DNA from: Octopus bimaculoides
Taxonomy: Eukaryota
Reading direction: 5' to 3'
Length of the DNA: 44,235 bases
NCBI RefSeq assembly: GCF_001194135.2
Contig: NC_069008.1
Span: 15,722,896 to 15,767,130 of the forward strand
Shown here: positions 13,026-24,961 of the stretch, piece after piece
How positions within the stretch are numbered: the stretch's first letter is position 1
Layout of the letters: each line of letters begins with the position of its first letter
The notes under the pieces: generated by a model
What the model was told of the DNA's origin: nothing
The model's input: only the letters and a program-made list of their open reading frames with translations
Databases searched by the model: none
Program-made: the position numbers and the translations under genes

Positions 13026-13281
13026 CCGACCAGGTTACCAGATGTTGTTACACATCACTAGTCACAATGCACTTTGCATCACTTTAGCTTTTGAACGATG
13101 CCAACCCTGCTGGCTAGGCGAGCAGACGGACATTTCTCCCTCTGATTGCAGGGACGACTGAAGCAACATGAAATGAAGTGTTTTTGCTAAAGAACACAAT
13201 GTGTCGCCTGGCCTAGGAATTGAAACCATGATCTAGCAATCATGAATACAACAGCCTAACCATTAGGCCACACACCTTCAC
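13014..13281 (-). mobile_element. tRNA-derived SINE inserted at the end of ZF3
   Basis: Minus-strand head GTGAAGGTGTGTGGCCTAATGG..GGTTTCAATTCC; imperfect 15-bp direct repeats at 12999-13013 and 13279-13293. Confidence 0.8.
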
Positions 13282-13293
13282 AAAAGAAAACAC

Positions 13294-13450
13294 ATTGAAG
13301 ATAAAACTCTATCCTTATGAAATATATGGAGAGTCATTCTCTAATAATTCTGGTCTTAAAATACACAAAAATGCTAACACTTAAGAGATTGAGTTCTGCT
13401 TAAGATATGTGGAAATTTTTTTTAGCAGAACACATACTTAAATATGCATG
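13294..13450 (+). pseudogene. Relic zinc fingers downstream of ZF3
   Basis: [17 protein letters not shown] and KICG.FF-type decayed finger text. Confidence 0.7.
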
Positions 13451-13574
13451 AAAGAGTAGGGGGTTGATGTAATTGACTACCTCCTCCCCCAAATTTCAGG
13501 CCTTGTGCCAATAGTAAAAAGGATTATCTTGTAGCTTAGAGGTTTTGAAGATGCGATTGCTTATTTTTAGAATG

Positions 13575-13964
13575 ATGTTGTTGTTGGCACTCCGTCGCTT
13601 ACGACGTCGAGGGTTCCAGTTGATTCGATCAACGGAACAGCCTGCTCGTGAAATTAACGTGCAAGTGGCTGAGCACTCCACAGACACGTTTACCCTTAAC
13701 GTAGTTCTCGGGAGATATTCAGCGTGACACAGTGTGACAAGGCTGACTCTTTGAATTGCAGGCACAACAGAAACAGGAAGAAAGAGTGAGAGAAAGTTGT
13801 GGTGGAAGAGTACAGCAGGGTTCGGCACCATCCCCTGCCGGAGCCTCGTGGGGCTTTAAGTGTTTTCACTCAATAAACACTCACAACGCCCGGTCTGGGA
13901 ATCGAAACCGCGATCCTATGACCGCGTGTCCGCTGCCCTGACCACTGGGCCATTGCGCCTCCAC
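13575..13964 (-). mobile_element. tRNA-derived SINE, near full length
   Basis: GTGGAGGCGCAATGGCCCAGTGG A-box, GGTTTCGATTCC B-box, (CAA)n tail. Confidence 0.85.
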
Positions 13965-14642
13965 TAGAATGATATTACAGGCGAGGTAATATCATTCATA
14001 CTCATTGTGGAGTTATGTTGAACAGCTGCTGTCGCGTGTGGGACAGATCCGTCTGTCGGCCGAGTCCATAACGATGATTGCCCCACCACCCTCCTTTAAT
14101 TTGGCAGGTAAAGCAGTTTTCCTTTGTCCGGTGGCTGTGGCGAAAGAGGTTGTCTGATGGACGAGGCTGAAAGGAGTGAGAACAGAGACATTCCTCTTTG
14201 GTAAAAAGCCCTCACCAACTATTTCAAGTTTCACTTGAAAATGAAAGTGAGGGTGGAGTGGGAGGTGCATCCAGCTGTAGATACCTTGTCAGAACAGACT
14301 GCAGCCTCCTGGTTTGCCAGTCCTCACTCAAACTGTCCAACCCATGCCAGCATGGAAAACAGACGTTAAACAATGATGATGATGATATATATAATTATGA
14401 GTGGATGATACTGCTCTGAGTGTAGACATGTGAGTCGGGGGAAAGGAGTTGGAGAGAATAGTATTCAGGGTGATCTTGGAAAGTGGGGGTTCCTCGATTA
14501 TCCTTTAAGGTCCTCCTGATACAGGAGGACCCCATCACTATCACTTTTCCATTTTTCTTATTGCTGTATACTATGTATACTTACCTTCTTCTAATGTATA
14601 CCATGTATACTTTCTCTTTTTTTTTTTCATCATTTGATTATA

Positions 14643-15661
14643 CAGGGATTGGACAATATAATGTAAACGCCTTAAAATTTCAGACAAATTTATTTTAATA
14701 TGGGCTAGGACCACCATTGGTAGTAATTACAGCTTGAATCCTACAAGGTATGGTTTCGTACAAAGTTTGAATTGTTTCCAAAGGAATTTTTGTCCATTCT
14801 CCAGCTAAAACAGTCTCCAGTTCTTGTAGTGATGATGGTGGAGGATATCGACTCCTTACTTGTTTTTCTAAAATGCACCATAAATGTTGAATAATATTGA
14901 GATCTGGGGACTGTGGTGGCCAGGNNNNNNNNNNGTTTTTCTAAAATGCACCATAAATGTTGAATAATATTGAGATCTGGGGACTGTGGTGGCCAGGTAA
15001 GATGCTCAACTTCACTATAATGTTCCTCGTGCCATTCAGTAACAACTTTAGCTGTGTGAATTGGTGCATTATCATCCTGAAAGATTGCATTTCCCTCCAG
15101 AAACGGTTCCACAACCATAGGATGAATTTGATCAGATAAAATACTTAAATAGTCCTGACTATTAATTCTGCTATGAAGGGAAACCATTGTGCAGCTCCCA
15201 GTGAACAGTTTTTGTGGAAACTGGGTTCTTGAGGTGGTCATTAAGCTCTGCAGTAATTTTGGGAGCTGTACTTTTGTGATCCTTTCTAACAATTTGTGTG
15301 AGAGTTCGATGGTCCCTATCTGAAAGTTTTGGTTTTCTTTCAACAAGGAGGTTTTTCCCCTTCTCTCAAAAGCTCTCATTACTTTCGAGACAGTACTTCT
15401 TGATACACCAAACATTTCGGCTGTTTTCATTATGCTAGCACCTGCCATACAAGCACCAACAATTTGACCTCTTTGAAAGTCCGTTAGATCTGTCATTTTA
15501 ATGAATTTCAAGTACCTTTTTCTGATGATATCTGAAAAGAAACAGCAATTTTAGCAAAACATATTAAGCAACACTAATAATAAATCAAAAAACATTTGAT
15601 GGTTTTATAGATATTTCAAAATTATGATGCTTGGTGTTTCCATTATTTTATCCAACCCCTG
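14643..15661 (-). mobile_element. Defective Tc1-family transposon with D-x36-(E) spacing
   Basis: TA TSDs; 29-bp TIRs CAGGG(A/G)TTGGA..AATG.AAAC.CC; HTH N-terminus MTDLTDFQRGQIVG; FQDDNAPIH...WPPQSPDLNIIQHLW; frameshift and internal deletion. Confidence 0.9.
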
Positions 15662-15789
15662 TATGTAAACACCAACACTTTATGTCTGCCTTTGTTTTGT
15701 CCCCCATATCCTTTGCCTTGATGGAAAATAAAAGGAATCATCATTGTTGTTATTATTATTATTGGTTGATTGATTATCAGTATTTTGTC

Positions 15790-15960
15790 TGTCTTCACAT
15801 TCTGAATTCAAATTCAGCCAAGGTAAACTTTGCCTTTTATCCTTTCAGGTTCAGTAAAACAAGTACCAGTTGAATACTGGGGTTGATGTAATCGACTCAG
15901 CCCCTCCTCTCAAATTTCTGGCCTTGCTCCAAAATTTGAAACCTTTATTATTATTATTAT
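15790..15960 (+). mobile_element. SINE family 1, 5'-truncated
   Basis: TTCTGAATTCAAATTC..AAGTACCAGTTGAATACTGGGG body with (TTA)n tail. Confidence 0.7.
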
Positions 15961-18289
15961 TATTGAGTGAGAGAGCAGTGCATGCCATCAAAGTGACACT
16001 GGGGTAAAATATACGAAGCCCATTATACCCATTATGACTACCCATGTGATAAGGGTACACCAGGCACATGCATCACAACCATATGTGCAGGACATGGTGA
16101 TCTCATATCAAGATAAACAGCGCATGACCTCGCAGGTGGGGCGCAGTTAGAATTTTCTTCAGGTCGAGTAGCCCATCCTGCTCAAAAGGTCCCTGAATAA
16201 GGTTTGTTTAAGNNNNNNNNNNNNNNNNNNNNNNNNNNNNNNNNNNNNNNNNNNNNNNNNNNNNNNNNNNNNNNNNNNNNNNNNNNNNNNNNNNNNNNNN
16301 NNNNNNNNNNNNNNNNNNNNNNNNNNNNNNNNNNNNNNNNNNNNNNNNNNNNNNNNNNNNNNNNNNNNNNNNNNNNNNNNNNNNNNNNNNNNNNNNNNNN
16401 NNNNNNNNNNNNNNNNNNNNNNNNNNNNNNNNNNNNNNNNNNNNNNNNNNNNNNNNNNNNNNNNNNNNNNNNNNNNNNNNNNNNNNNNNNNNNNNNNNNN
16501 NNNNNNNNNNNNNNNNNNNNNNNNNNNNNNNNNNNNNNNNNNNNNNNNNNNNNNNNNNNNNNNNNNNNNNNNNNNNNNNNNNNNATAACTTCTCTTCATC
16601 TTTTTCGTTCGGTGGAATTTCCACGACTCCCGCTAGTATATTATGTCATATAATGTTATATATTATATCAAATTGTATTAACCTATTATCTCCCATAATT
16701 CTATTAAGTGGAATTTTTTTTTTTATGAAACTTTGATTTCCAGCATAAAACAGACTTAGAAACACGCTGGAATGATCAAAATAACATTTTAAATAGAAAT
16801 AAGCGAGATATTGGGTGAAAAATTAGCAAACCTCATTTGAATATCAGAGAAATATACCTAGTAGATATAGCAAAAAGGTTAGATATGTGTAAATATTGAC
16901 AGATAATTACGAAATTTGTAATTTTTAAGTGATCTCATATGAGATCACTGGTAGGTAATGGGTTAATCATTTTATTGTCAGTCCTATAGTTCTAAGTACG
17001 AAACTCTTTCTAATGCTAACTCTGCATTTCTATGACGTAGTCTTAAAGTATGATATTAACGTGAATGATCTTATTTCAAAACAACTTCTTTCTCTCGTCA
17101 TCAGCGATGTTTCTCCTCTTCAGTGACACGACTGACCTATTATATTACTATATCTAGAAATCGATGTTTCAGAAAACCTCTAACTCTACTCCGTTGTCCT
17201 GTCTAAATCTCTTTCATATATAATATCTGGTATGTATATATTTAATACATTCTAACACAAACACCTAAACGACATAACAAATATTTACAATTCAATCACG
17301 CTTGGTTGTCTTTTAAACTACAAAGATTAGAATATTTAACAATCTTTAATGTTATATTTACACACACATATAGATTATGTATATAGATAATTCGGCGATC
17401 TTTCGATACCAGTACGAAATTTTTCGGAAAAGGCCGATATTTCGTTCTATATAAGGCAATGTAATGATCTATCATATATATATAGTATATGTAAATACTA
17501 CAGTATATGGTGAACTATCATCATATACTCCGATATAATCAGGATCTGCACCATCTGAATCATATCTGTAGAAAATTTCATTTAAAAATATCAAATTTTC
17601 TGGAAGTTAAGAAGAAACAAAATCGGGAGGTGGGAACACGTCTGTAGGAATGCCATATTCGCGATATTGTTACGTCTGGGTACTGTTATCACAATAAGCA
17701 GCTTTCACTATTGTTTATTTTGCCGGATAATGCATTTTAGTTTTTAAAATCCTATGGATACAGTTGGATGTTTCGATTATTCTGAGAAACTCTTTACTAA
17801 TGTTGTCATGAATTATAGGCCAGCAGCGCGTTGCTGTCACAACAACGAAAATCTTCCCCGTTTTCTCTCTAGATTTTTCCAACTGGCTTGCCTCTCTTGT
17901 CTAACCAACCCTTAACCCATAAAGCGCTGGGATTTGCACTTACATAGCATGGACTGCTGAGCACATTTTATGAAAATGAGACTTGGTGGCAAGTTTTACA
18001 TCATCTGAAAAGTCATTAGTTGAACTATTAGTCCTCTTGCATTCTGCGGGGTATTGGAGCCTTTGAGTGACATTAGACCCCAACGAACGCCAATGAATTA
18101 AATGCATCTATCTGAGCCACAATCGTGGCCTGTCGACTTGTGCTTGACGGCCACGATGGTGGCCCTTCGCGCTTTATGTGCTAATACTGTCCATCCGTCC
18201 GATAAAATAAGTACCAGTTGAATACTGGGAATCGATGCTATCCACTTACCCCACTCCCCGAACTTGTTGAACTTAGACTTTTACTTGTT

Positions 18290-18640
18290 TCAGTCATTTG
18301 ACTGCGGCCATGCTGGAGCACCGCCTTTAGTCGAACAAATCGACAGCCAGGCCTTATTCTTTGCAAGCCTAGTACTTATTCTATCGGTCTCTTGCCGAAC
18401 TGCTAAGTCACAAGGACGTAAACACACCAACGTCGATTGCCAAGCGATGGCGGGGGACAAACACACAAATATATACATATACGATGCGCTTCTTCCAGTT
18501 TCCATCTACCAAATCCATTCACAAGGATTTGGTTGTTCTGCAGCTATAGCAGAAAATCAATTGCCCAAGATGCCACGCAGTAGGACTGAACCTGGAACCT
18601 TGTGGTTGGGAAGCAAGCTTCTTACCACAGCCACGCCTGT
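18290..18640 (-). mobile_element. tRNA-derived SINE (family 3)
   Basis: Minus-strand head CAGGCGTGGCTGTGGTAAGAAGCTTGCTTCCCAACC..GGTTCAGTCC; homologous to 25890-26173. Confidence 0.8.
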
Positions 18641-19499
18641 GCTTTTGTACCAAAATTTGAAATTTATATTGTCACCCTTTGTGTTCTTTGCTCTCCACTC
18701 CCTCTTCCATGGTAATGTTTCCCAAACCTCTGCTTCTTTGAAACAGGACCCTAATAGATAAGCTTTTGTTTTTCCACAATGTTCTGGAGTTGATGTTTTT
18801 CACTTTCTTGTAACACCCACTCATTTGTCCCATCATCCTTGTAAGAGACTTATAACATTTACCCATATACCCATACTTCAAACACATGATATTCTCTTCA
18901 AATTTATCACTGGTACCTTTTAGCTGAAGGAAATATGTTAAAACTCTGCCTACTTAGTATATTTTGAATTAGTTGCGCTTATCTAATTATATCATGTGTA
19001 ATAATTACGTTGTGGTGAGGTAAATGTTAATGTTTGTATAAACAAGATTAGGCAACCTACATGTTTTAGTGTTGGTATTCCATAACATTCATGATTAAAT
19101 ATTTCTTTTCATCAATGCCTACTTCGTTAATTAACTGTTCCCTATTTTGCAGGACGGGGGGGGGGGGAATGGTTTTTAAGCAACAACAAATCAATCAATA
19201 GATTTCTTGACCTCCCTACTCCCTTTCCACTTCACTTCNNNNNNNNNNTTTTAAGCAACAACAAATCAATCAATAGATTTCTTGACCTCCCTACTCCCTT
19301 TCCACTTCACTTCCAGATCATAATCAATTTTTGGATTACCATCACAATGCACATTCTCTCCTTTTCTGCAAGCTATAGTGAACAATACTGATTTGTTTGG
19401 AGTCTATGGATGGATGTATATGAACAAACTAACACACACACACACACATGTGCACTTTCTTTGTTCAATATCTGTTTTACACTGAGCCCTCCACAAACA

Positions 19500-19735
19500 C
19501 ACAAACCCTTAATGTAGTCCTTAGTGAGATTCAGCACGACAAGGCCAAGCCTTTGAATTACAGACCTCACTCATTTTTGCCAGCCGAGTGAAACAGAGCA
19601 TCATCTTCAGCATTTAATGTCTGTTTTCAAATAAAATTTCTTGGTGAAGGACACAATGCAGTGCCAGGGATTGAACTCCTAACCTCACAGCCATGAAGCG
19701 AACACCCTACCCATTAAGCCAAATGCCTTCACACA
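19500..19735 (-). mobile_element. SINE upstream of ZF4 (its 3' part is also present in the ZF5 copy)
   Basis: Head GTGTGAAGGCATTTGGCTTAATGG..GGAGTTCAATCCC; 3' part similar to the 13575 SINE body. Confidence 0.7.
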
Positions 19736-19991
19736 GATAGATGTCTATGCACAAACTAATACACACATGCACTTTCTTTGCTCANNNNNNNNNNTCTACA
19801 ACAATGTGTGTGCCCCTTAGAGCAGGCCCAGTCAGCAAGAAGCATTCTTGTGCTGTATAGAAAATATATCTTCCTTGCATATTTTCCAGTCATGTAACCA
19901 GAGATCAGTGATATCTTGGACAAGAAACTGGACCATAATAGATTAACTCACAGGCATTTCTCAGCTTTTAAGCAGTTCTTGAAGAATTAAT

Positions 19992-21751
19992 ATGGAGAAT
20001 GTTGATCACTTGGACACGTCTAACGCAACTGTTGTTAACAATGTAGATACAGTTAGAGAGACAGACGGAGGTGAGAAAGTTGCAGAGAAAAATGTTGCTG
20101 AATATTTCTGTGAGATTTGTAGGAAGACATTCCCTTCAGAAGAGGAGGTCATCACACACAGAGAAATACACAAGAAGGAAAAACAGTTCCATTGTGAAAT
20201 ATGTGGGAAATATTTTGTCAATATCAGTGATTTTACAACACACAAAATATTACACACTAGAGATAAACTGTTCCATTGTGAGATATGTGGCAAATCTNNN
20301 NNNNNNNTAACGCAACTGTTGTTAACAATGTAGATACAGTTAGAGAGACAGACGGAGATGAGAAAGTTGTAGAGAAAAATGTTGCTGAATATTTCTGTGA
20401 GATTTGTAGGAAGACATTCCCTTCAGAAGAGGAGGTCATCACACACAGAGAAATACACAAGAAGGAAAAACAGTTCCATTGTGAAATATGTGGGAAATAT
20501 TTTGTCAATATCAGTGATTTTACAACACACAAAATATTACACACTAGAGATAAACTGTTCCATTGTGAGATATGTGGCAAATCTTTCTCTCTTAAATCAT
20601 TTCTTCTTATCCACATAAATAGTCACACTGGGGGAAAGCCTTTCCATTGTGATATATGTGACAAAACTTTCAGCCAGAAAGCTCGTCTTTTGACCCACCT
20701 ACGAAGTCACACAGGAGAAAAGCCATTCCACTGTGAAACATGTGGTAAATCCTTTGCTGATAACAGTGTCTTGAAAACTCACAAAAGAATCCACACTGGA
20801 GAGAAACCCTATAACTGTGAAGTGTGTGGAAAATCGTTTATTATTTATAGTTACTTAACCAGGCACAAGCGGATACACACTGGTGAGAAATCATTCCACT
20901 GTGAAATTTGTGGGAAATATTTTGTCTATAATAGTGATTTAACCAAACACAAAAGAATCCACACGGGGGAGAAACCATTTGGCTGTGAAGTGTGTGGGAA
21001 GTCTTTTGTTTGTAGCAGTGATTTAACAATGCACAAGAGAATACACACTGGAGAAAAACCATACCATTGTGGAATATGTGAGAAATCTTTCACCCAGAAA
21101 GTTCATCTTGCTACCCACATACGAAATCATACTGGGGAGAAACCCTTCACTTGTGAAATATGCGGAAAATCTTTCTTTGCTCACTCTAGTCTTGTTGTCC
21201 ACAAACGAATACATGATGAAGAGAAGCCATTCCACTGTGAAATATGCGGAAAATCTTTCACTAGTAATTATCAGCTTGTGGTTCACAAACGTAGTCACAC
21301 GGGAGAGAAACCTTACCATTGTGATACATGCGGCAAATCATTTTCTGTGAATTCTAGTCTTGTTAGCCACCAACGTAACCACACTGGAGAGAAGCCGTAT
21401 CGTTGTGAAATTTGCGGAAAATCATATTCTATTAATAAAAGTCTTGTTACCCACCTACGTAGTCACACTGGGGAAAAACCCTATCACTGTGAAATCTGTG
21501 GTAAATCATTTTCTGTTAATTATAGCCTTGTTATCCACCAACGCTGTCACACTGGAGAAAAAGCGTTCCACTGTGAAATATGTGGGAAGTCTTTCATTAA
21601 TAATTCTAGTCTTGTCGTTCACATCCGTACTCACACGGGAGAAAAACCCTATCGTTGTGAAACATGTGGCATATCGTTTAGCACTAACAGTCAATTAAAG
21701 AAGCACAAACGAATCCACACCAGAGCGAAGACTTCAGACTGTGAAACATGA
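19992..21751 (+). CDS. C2H2 zinc-finger protein ZF4 (16 fingers); assembly shows a 277-bp overlap duplication around the 10-N gap
   Basis: ATG at 19992; 20021-20297 is repeated at 20308-20584 across N10; merging gives one ORF ending KTSDCET*. Confidence 0.9.
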
Positions 21752-21889
21752 GAAATTATTCCCTTATAAATCTAAACTTTTAGTCTACCAACAATTACAC
21801 ATTGGAGAAAAACGTTTTATTTGAAAGAAATCCAATCACTGAAATCGTTTGTTAATAATTTTTATCTTGTTGTTCACATCTGTACTCAC
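21752..21889 (+). pseudogene. Relic fingers downstream of ZF4
   Basis: Shifted frames read EKLFPYKSKLLVYQQLHIGEKRF and KSFVNNFYLVVHICTH. Confidence 0.75.
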
Positions 21890-22476
21890 CCTAACCCTAA
21901 CCCTATACATCAAACCAAACCTTGACTGACATTCACCTGAGCGGGATCACTTGATTTGTTATCACTCTTTATTCAATGTAACCAGTGACAAGACAAAGCC
22001 AGTTGCATCTTTACAAAGAAATGGCCTTTCTTATTATTTACCAAAACATAAATGAAACATGGTTTTATTATTATTAAAATAGCAAGAATTTTGAAAAAAT
22101 ACACTTACGATGCTAAGTATGTACAAAAGAATTTATTGTAAAAAAATATCTTTAGCTAACGTGTTAAGCGCTTTTAGAAATTGTAAAGTAAAAAGTAACC
22201 TAAAGTAATTGCCCTTTAAGTTGTAGATCACACACCAAAGTAGCACCCCTTATTCTTTTTGACTGAATTCAATGACTGATGATTGATATTATTCATCATC
22301 AACATGATTAAAGAGAAAAAATTGTAGGAGTTTGCATTTATTGGTCTGCAACAAAGAACCAAAGTATTCAAGAATTAAAGTATTTAACAAAAATATTCAA
22401 ATAACAAATGAAACTTTAATTTATGTGTTAAATTATTATTTCTGTTAAAAGGACAAATATTTGAGATGTTTATGTT

Positions 22477-22774
22477 AAAATCTTGTCACTGAACTTTTAA
22501 CAAAATATTCACATTTATATGTAAATTTAAATATTATTTTATTTAAAAAAAGGCTCGCAAATTTTCAATTAAAATCTTATAAAGTCTAATAGTTGTTGGA
22601 TATTATTTTCTGGTCAGTTGAAATCTTTATTCAAAACACATTCACCTCTGGAAACACTATTTTATTAAACAAAATACTGTTTAATAAAATGATCTTCCAA
22701 CATAGCTTAGCCAAGCCTAAAGATTGTGGCTCCCACATCTTGATAGACCTAAGGTAGTGAGAACATTCCGGTTG
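22477..22774 (+). repeat. 298-bp arm, inverted copy at 27418-27715
   Basis: About 6 mismatches in 298 bp by manual alignment. Confidence 0.95.
22659..22690. terminator. 13-bp-stem hairpin carrying AATAAA on both strands (candidate poly(A) signal)
   Basis: ATTTTATTAAACA-AAATAC-TGTTTAATAAAAT; also present in the inverted arm. Confidence 0.4.
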
Positions 22775-23175
22775 CTTCATTTGAGTGTCTATGGTCACAT
22801 TGTTTTACAAAGTGGATGGAATTGCACAGATACGTAGATACGATGTTTCATCGATGCTTCGATGATAGTTGCCTCGCAGGAAACTTTGTTTATTTGTTAT
22901 TACTCTTAAGATCAAGTTTATTAGTAACATCGAAGATTATTCGTTTAATGTCTTATGTTTCCATGCTTGAAGGGGTTAGACAGAATTCATGGTAGCTGAT
23001 TTTCTGTGGGCAGATGATGCCATTCATGTTGCCAGCTTCCAACTGTTTCCAAGCAAGGATTATATTTCCCCATGGCCAAATATCTTTTCTTGGAAGATTT
23101 GAAATCAACATCACTAGTATGACAACACTTTTTTTTACCACTATATCAAGACAAGGAAACATGTTCAGACATCTT

Positions 23176-23500
23176 CAGGGTGTCCCCTAAATCTGGACAC
23201 CCTGCATATGAATACATGTAAAATTTTCAACAGCATTTTATTCAATTGAAATATTAACAAATAGCATTTTCAATATGATTTCCACCATTTGTGATGCAAA
23301 GGTCAATGTGCTTTACAAGATCTATGAAAACCTATTGCTATAATTCCATGCTGTCATCAATTGGAGCACAAAGCCATATTTAATTTGTGATTTGTGAAGG
23401 TAAAAACAATATATATATGTAAAATATAGTATATAAGATATCTAGGTAAAAAAATATAGTAATTAGATTTCCTATGTGTTCAGACTTTATGGACACCCTG
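23176..23500 (-). mobile_element. Internally deleted mariner-like element
   Basis: CAGGGTGTCC termini in inverted orientation; minus-strand HIDLCITNGGNHIEN resembles the CIxxxGGxxE transposase C-terminus; TA TSD not seen. Confidence 0.55.
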
Positions 23501-23921
23501 TTCTTATGACAGAAAAAACAAGCACTCATACATTGGTCAATAGAGGAGGTATATTATTTCAATAAAATACAGTATTATATTATCAGATCAGTCAATTTAC
23601 CATGAGTTGGGAAGAAACCCTATGAATTGTCAGGAAAAGTGTAAAGAAATAGTATGGCATGGGCTTTTTGCCACTGGATAGGTTAAAATGTCACATCTGG
23701 TCTGTGGGGTTTTATAGCCATTGAAAAAAAAACAAAAAAACTCAAAGCAATGAAATCATTTTGGTCAAACTCCAGGGAGGAAATGTTTTAGGTTACTGGA
23801 GCTATGAAACTAAGGAAGATGTGACCCACAGAGGTCTTTATGTTCAAAGAAAATGGGAGCATAAACCATATAACTTTATGGTGGAATTTCTCTTGTTGGG
23901 GTTAGGGTCAGGTATATATAC

Positions 23922-24084
23922 TGTTATGTCGACACCCCCAAGCGAAGAAGTAGGCTCGACCAAGACATATAAATAGAGGTAGTCTGACCGTGGTAGGAGT
24001 GGACTGACAGTTGAGTAGCCGTCGTGTAGCGATTGAGCAGAGATCATCCAAAGGTGCAAGAGAGCAGTAGCTTGCGACATAACA
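23922..24084 (+). mobile_element. Solo LTR (163 bp)
   Basis: TG...CA ends with 10-bp inverted termini TGTTATGTCG / CGACATAACA; 5-bp TSD TATAC (23917-23921, 24085-24089); TATAAATA at 23968-23975. Confidence 0.85.
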
Positions 24085-24398
24085 TATACCCAACCTCATT
24101 TTTAAAACACTGGAATCCGGGGCCTTGTTTTAGCACAGACTTCTGTGTACTTATTACTACCACCACCAATGCTGTCAGATTCTTGGAGAACAAAATCCTG
24201 ACAATTCTCTCGTTGTTGTTAAGAGAATGAAATATGTGTTGAGAAGAAAAAAAAGAATGATTGGAAAGGAATTCCGTACAACATCAGATGAAATGACAAC
24301 TACAATCAGGCCGTACAAACCTGGTAACTGGACAGAGCATCTTCATTTCCATGTTCTACATCAAAATCAGTAGATTTTTATGCATTTTTAAAAATTCC

Positions 24399-24961
24399 GG
24401 ATCTTTTTTAAAACGGGGGCCACATTTTTCATTAACGAAACACTTTGAAACTTGGAACACTGGTAGAATGTGTCATATAAAACATCTTTTTCTCTTAGTC
24501 TTCTTAAAAAAAAAAAGAAATCCATAAGTTATTCCATGTTAAAGTTGTCGTATTTCTGTAATTTCAACCAATCACTGACGTCCATTCAGCCGATATACAT
24601 TAAGTGCCGACTACATAAACAAACGATTCTGAAACAATTAACCCTAACCGTAGGGTTAGGGTTAAGGTTAAAGCAAATTTAAAATGAAAAAAGCAAATAA
24701 AACGAAGGTATGGAGATTAAATACGCTTTACATCGCTTAATCAGCCAAAGGAGTAAATGTAAACAACTGAATACTTGTCAGTGATTGGTTGAAATTATCG
24801 AAATAAGACAATTTTTTACATGAAATAAATTCGAATACAAAAATATTTTTCTGTTCAATAACACAAAATAGATAAGTATACGAAGTTTGAAAGTCTTTCC
24901 GTACCAAAAACACTACGTAAAACATTAAGGAAAAATGTGGCCCCCGTTTTAAAATAGATCC
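24399..24961. mobile_element. MITE of the same family as 4832-5465, opposite orientation
   Basis: 32-bp TIR GGATCT(T/A)TTTTAAAACGGGGGCCACATTTTTC with 1 mismatch; TSD AAAATTCC at 24391-24398 and 24962-24969; internal arms homologous to the first copy. Confidence 0.92.

Noticed and set aside
14861-14997. Exact duplications flanking 10-N gaps (here and about 19175-19313)
   Set aside because: Typical contig-overlap artefacts, not biological repeats.
21888-21904. Interstitial telomere
   Set aside because: Fewer than three full CCCTAA units; too short to call.
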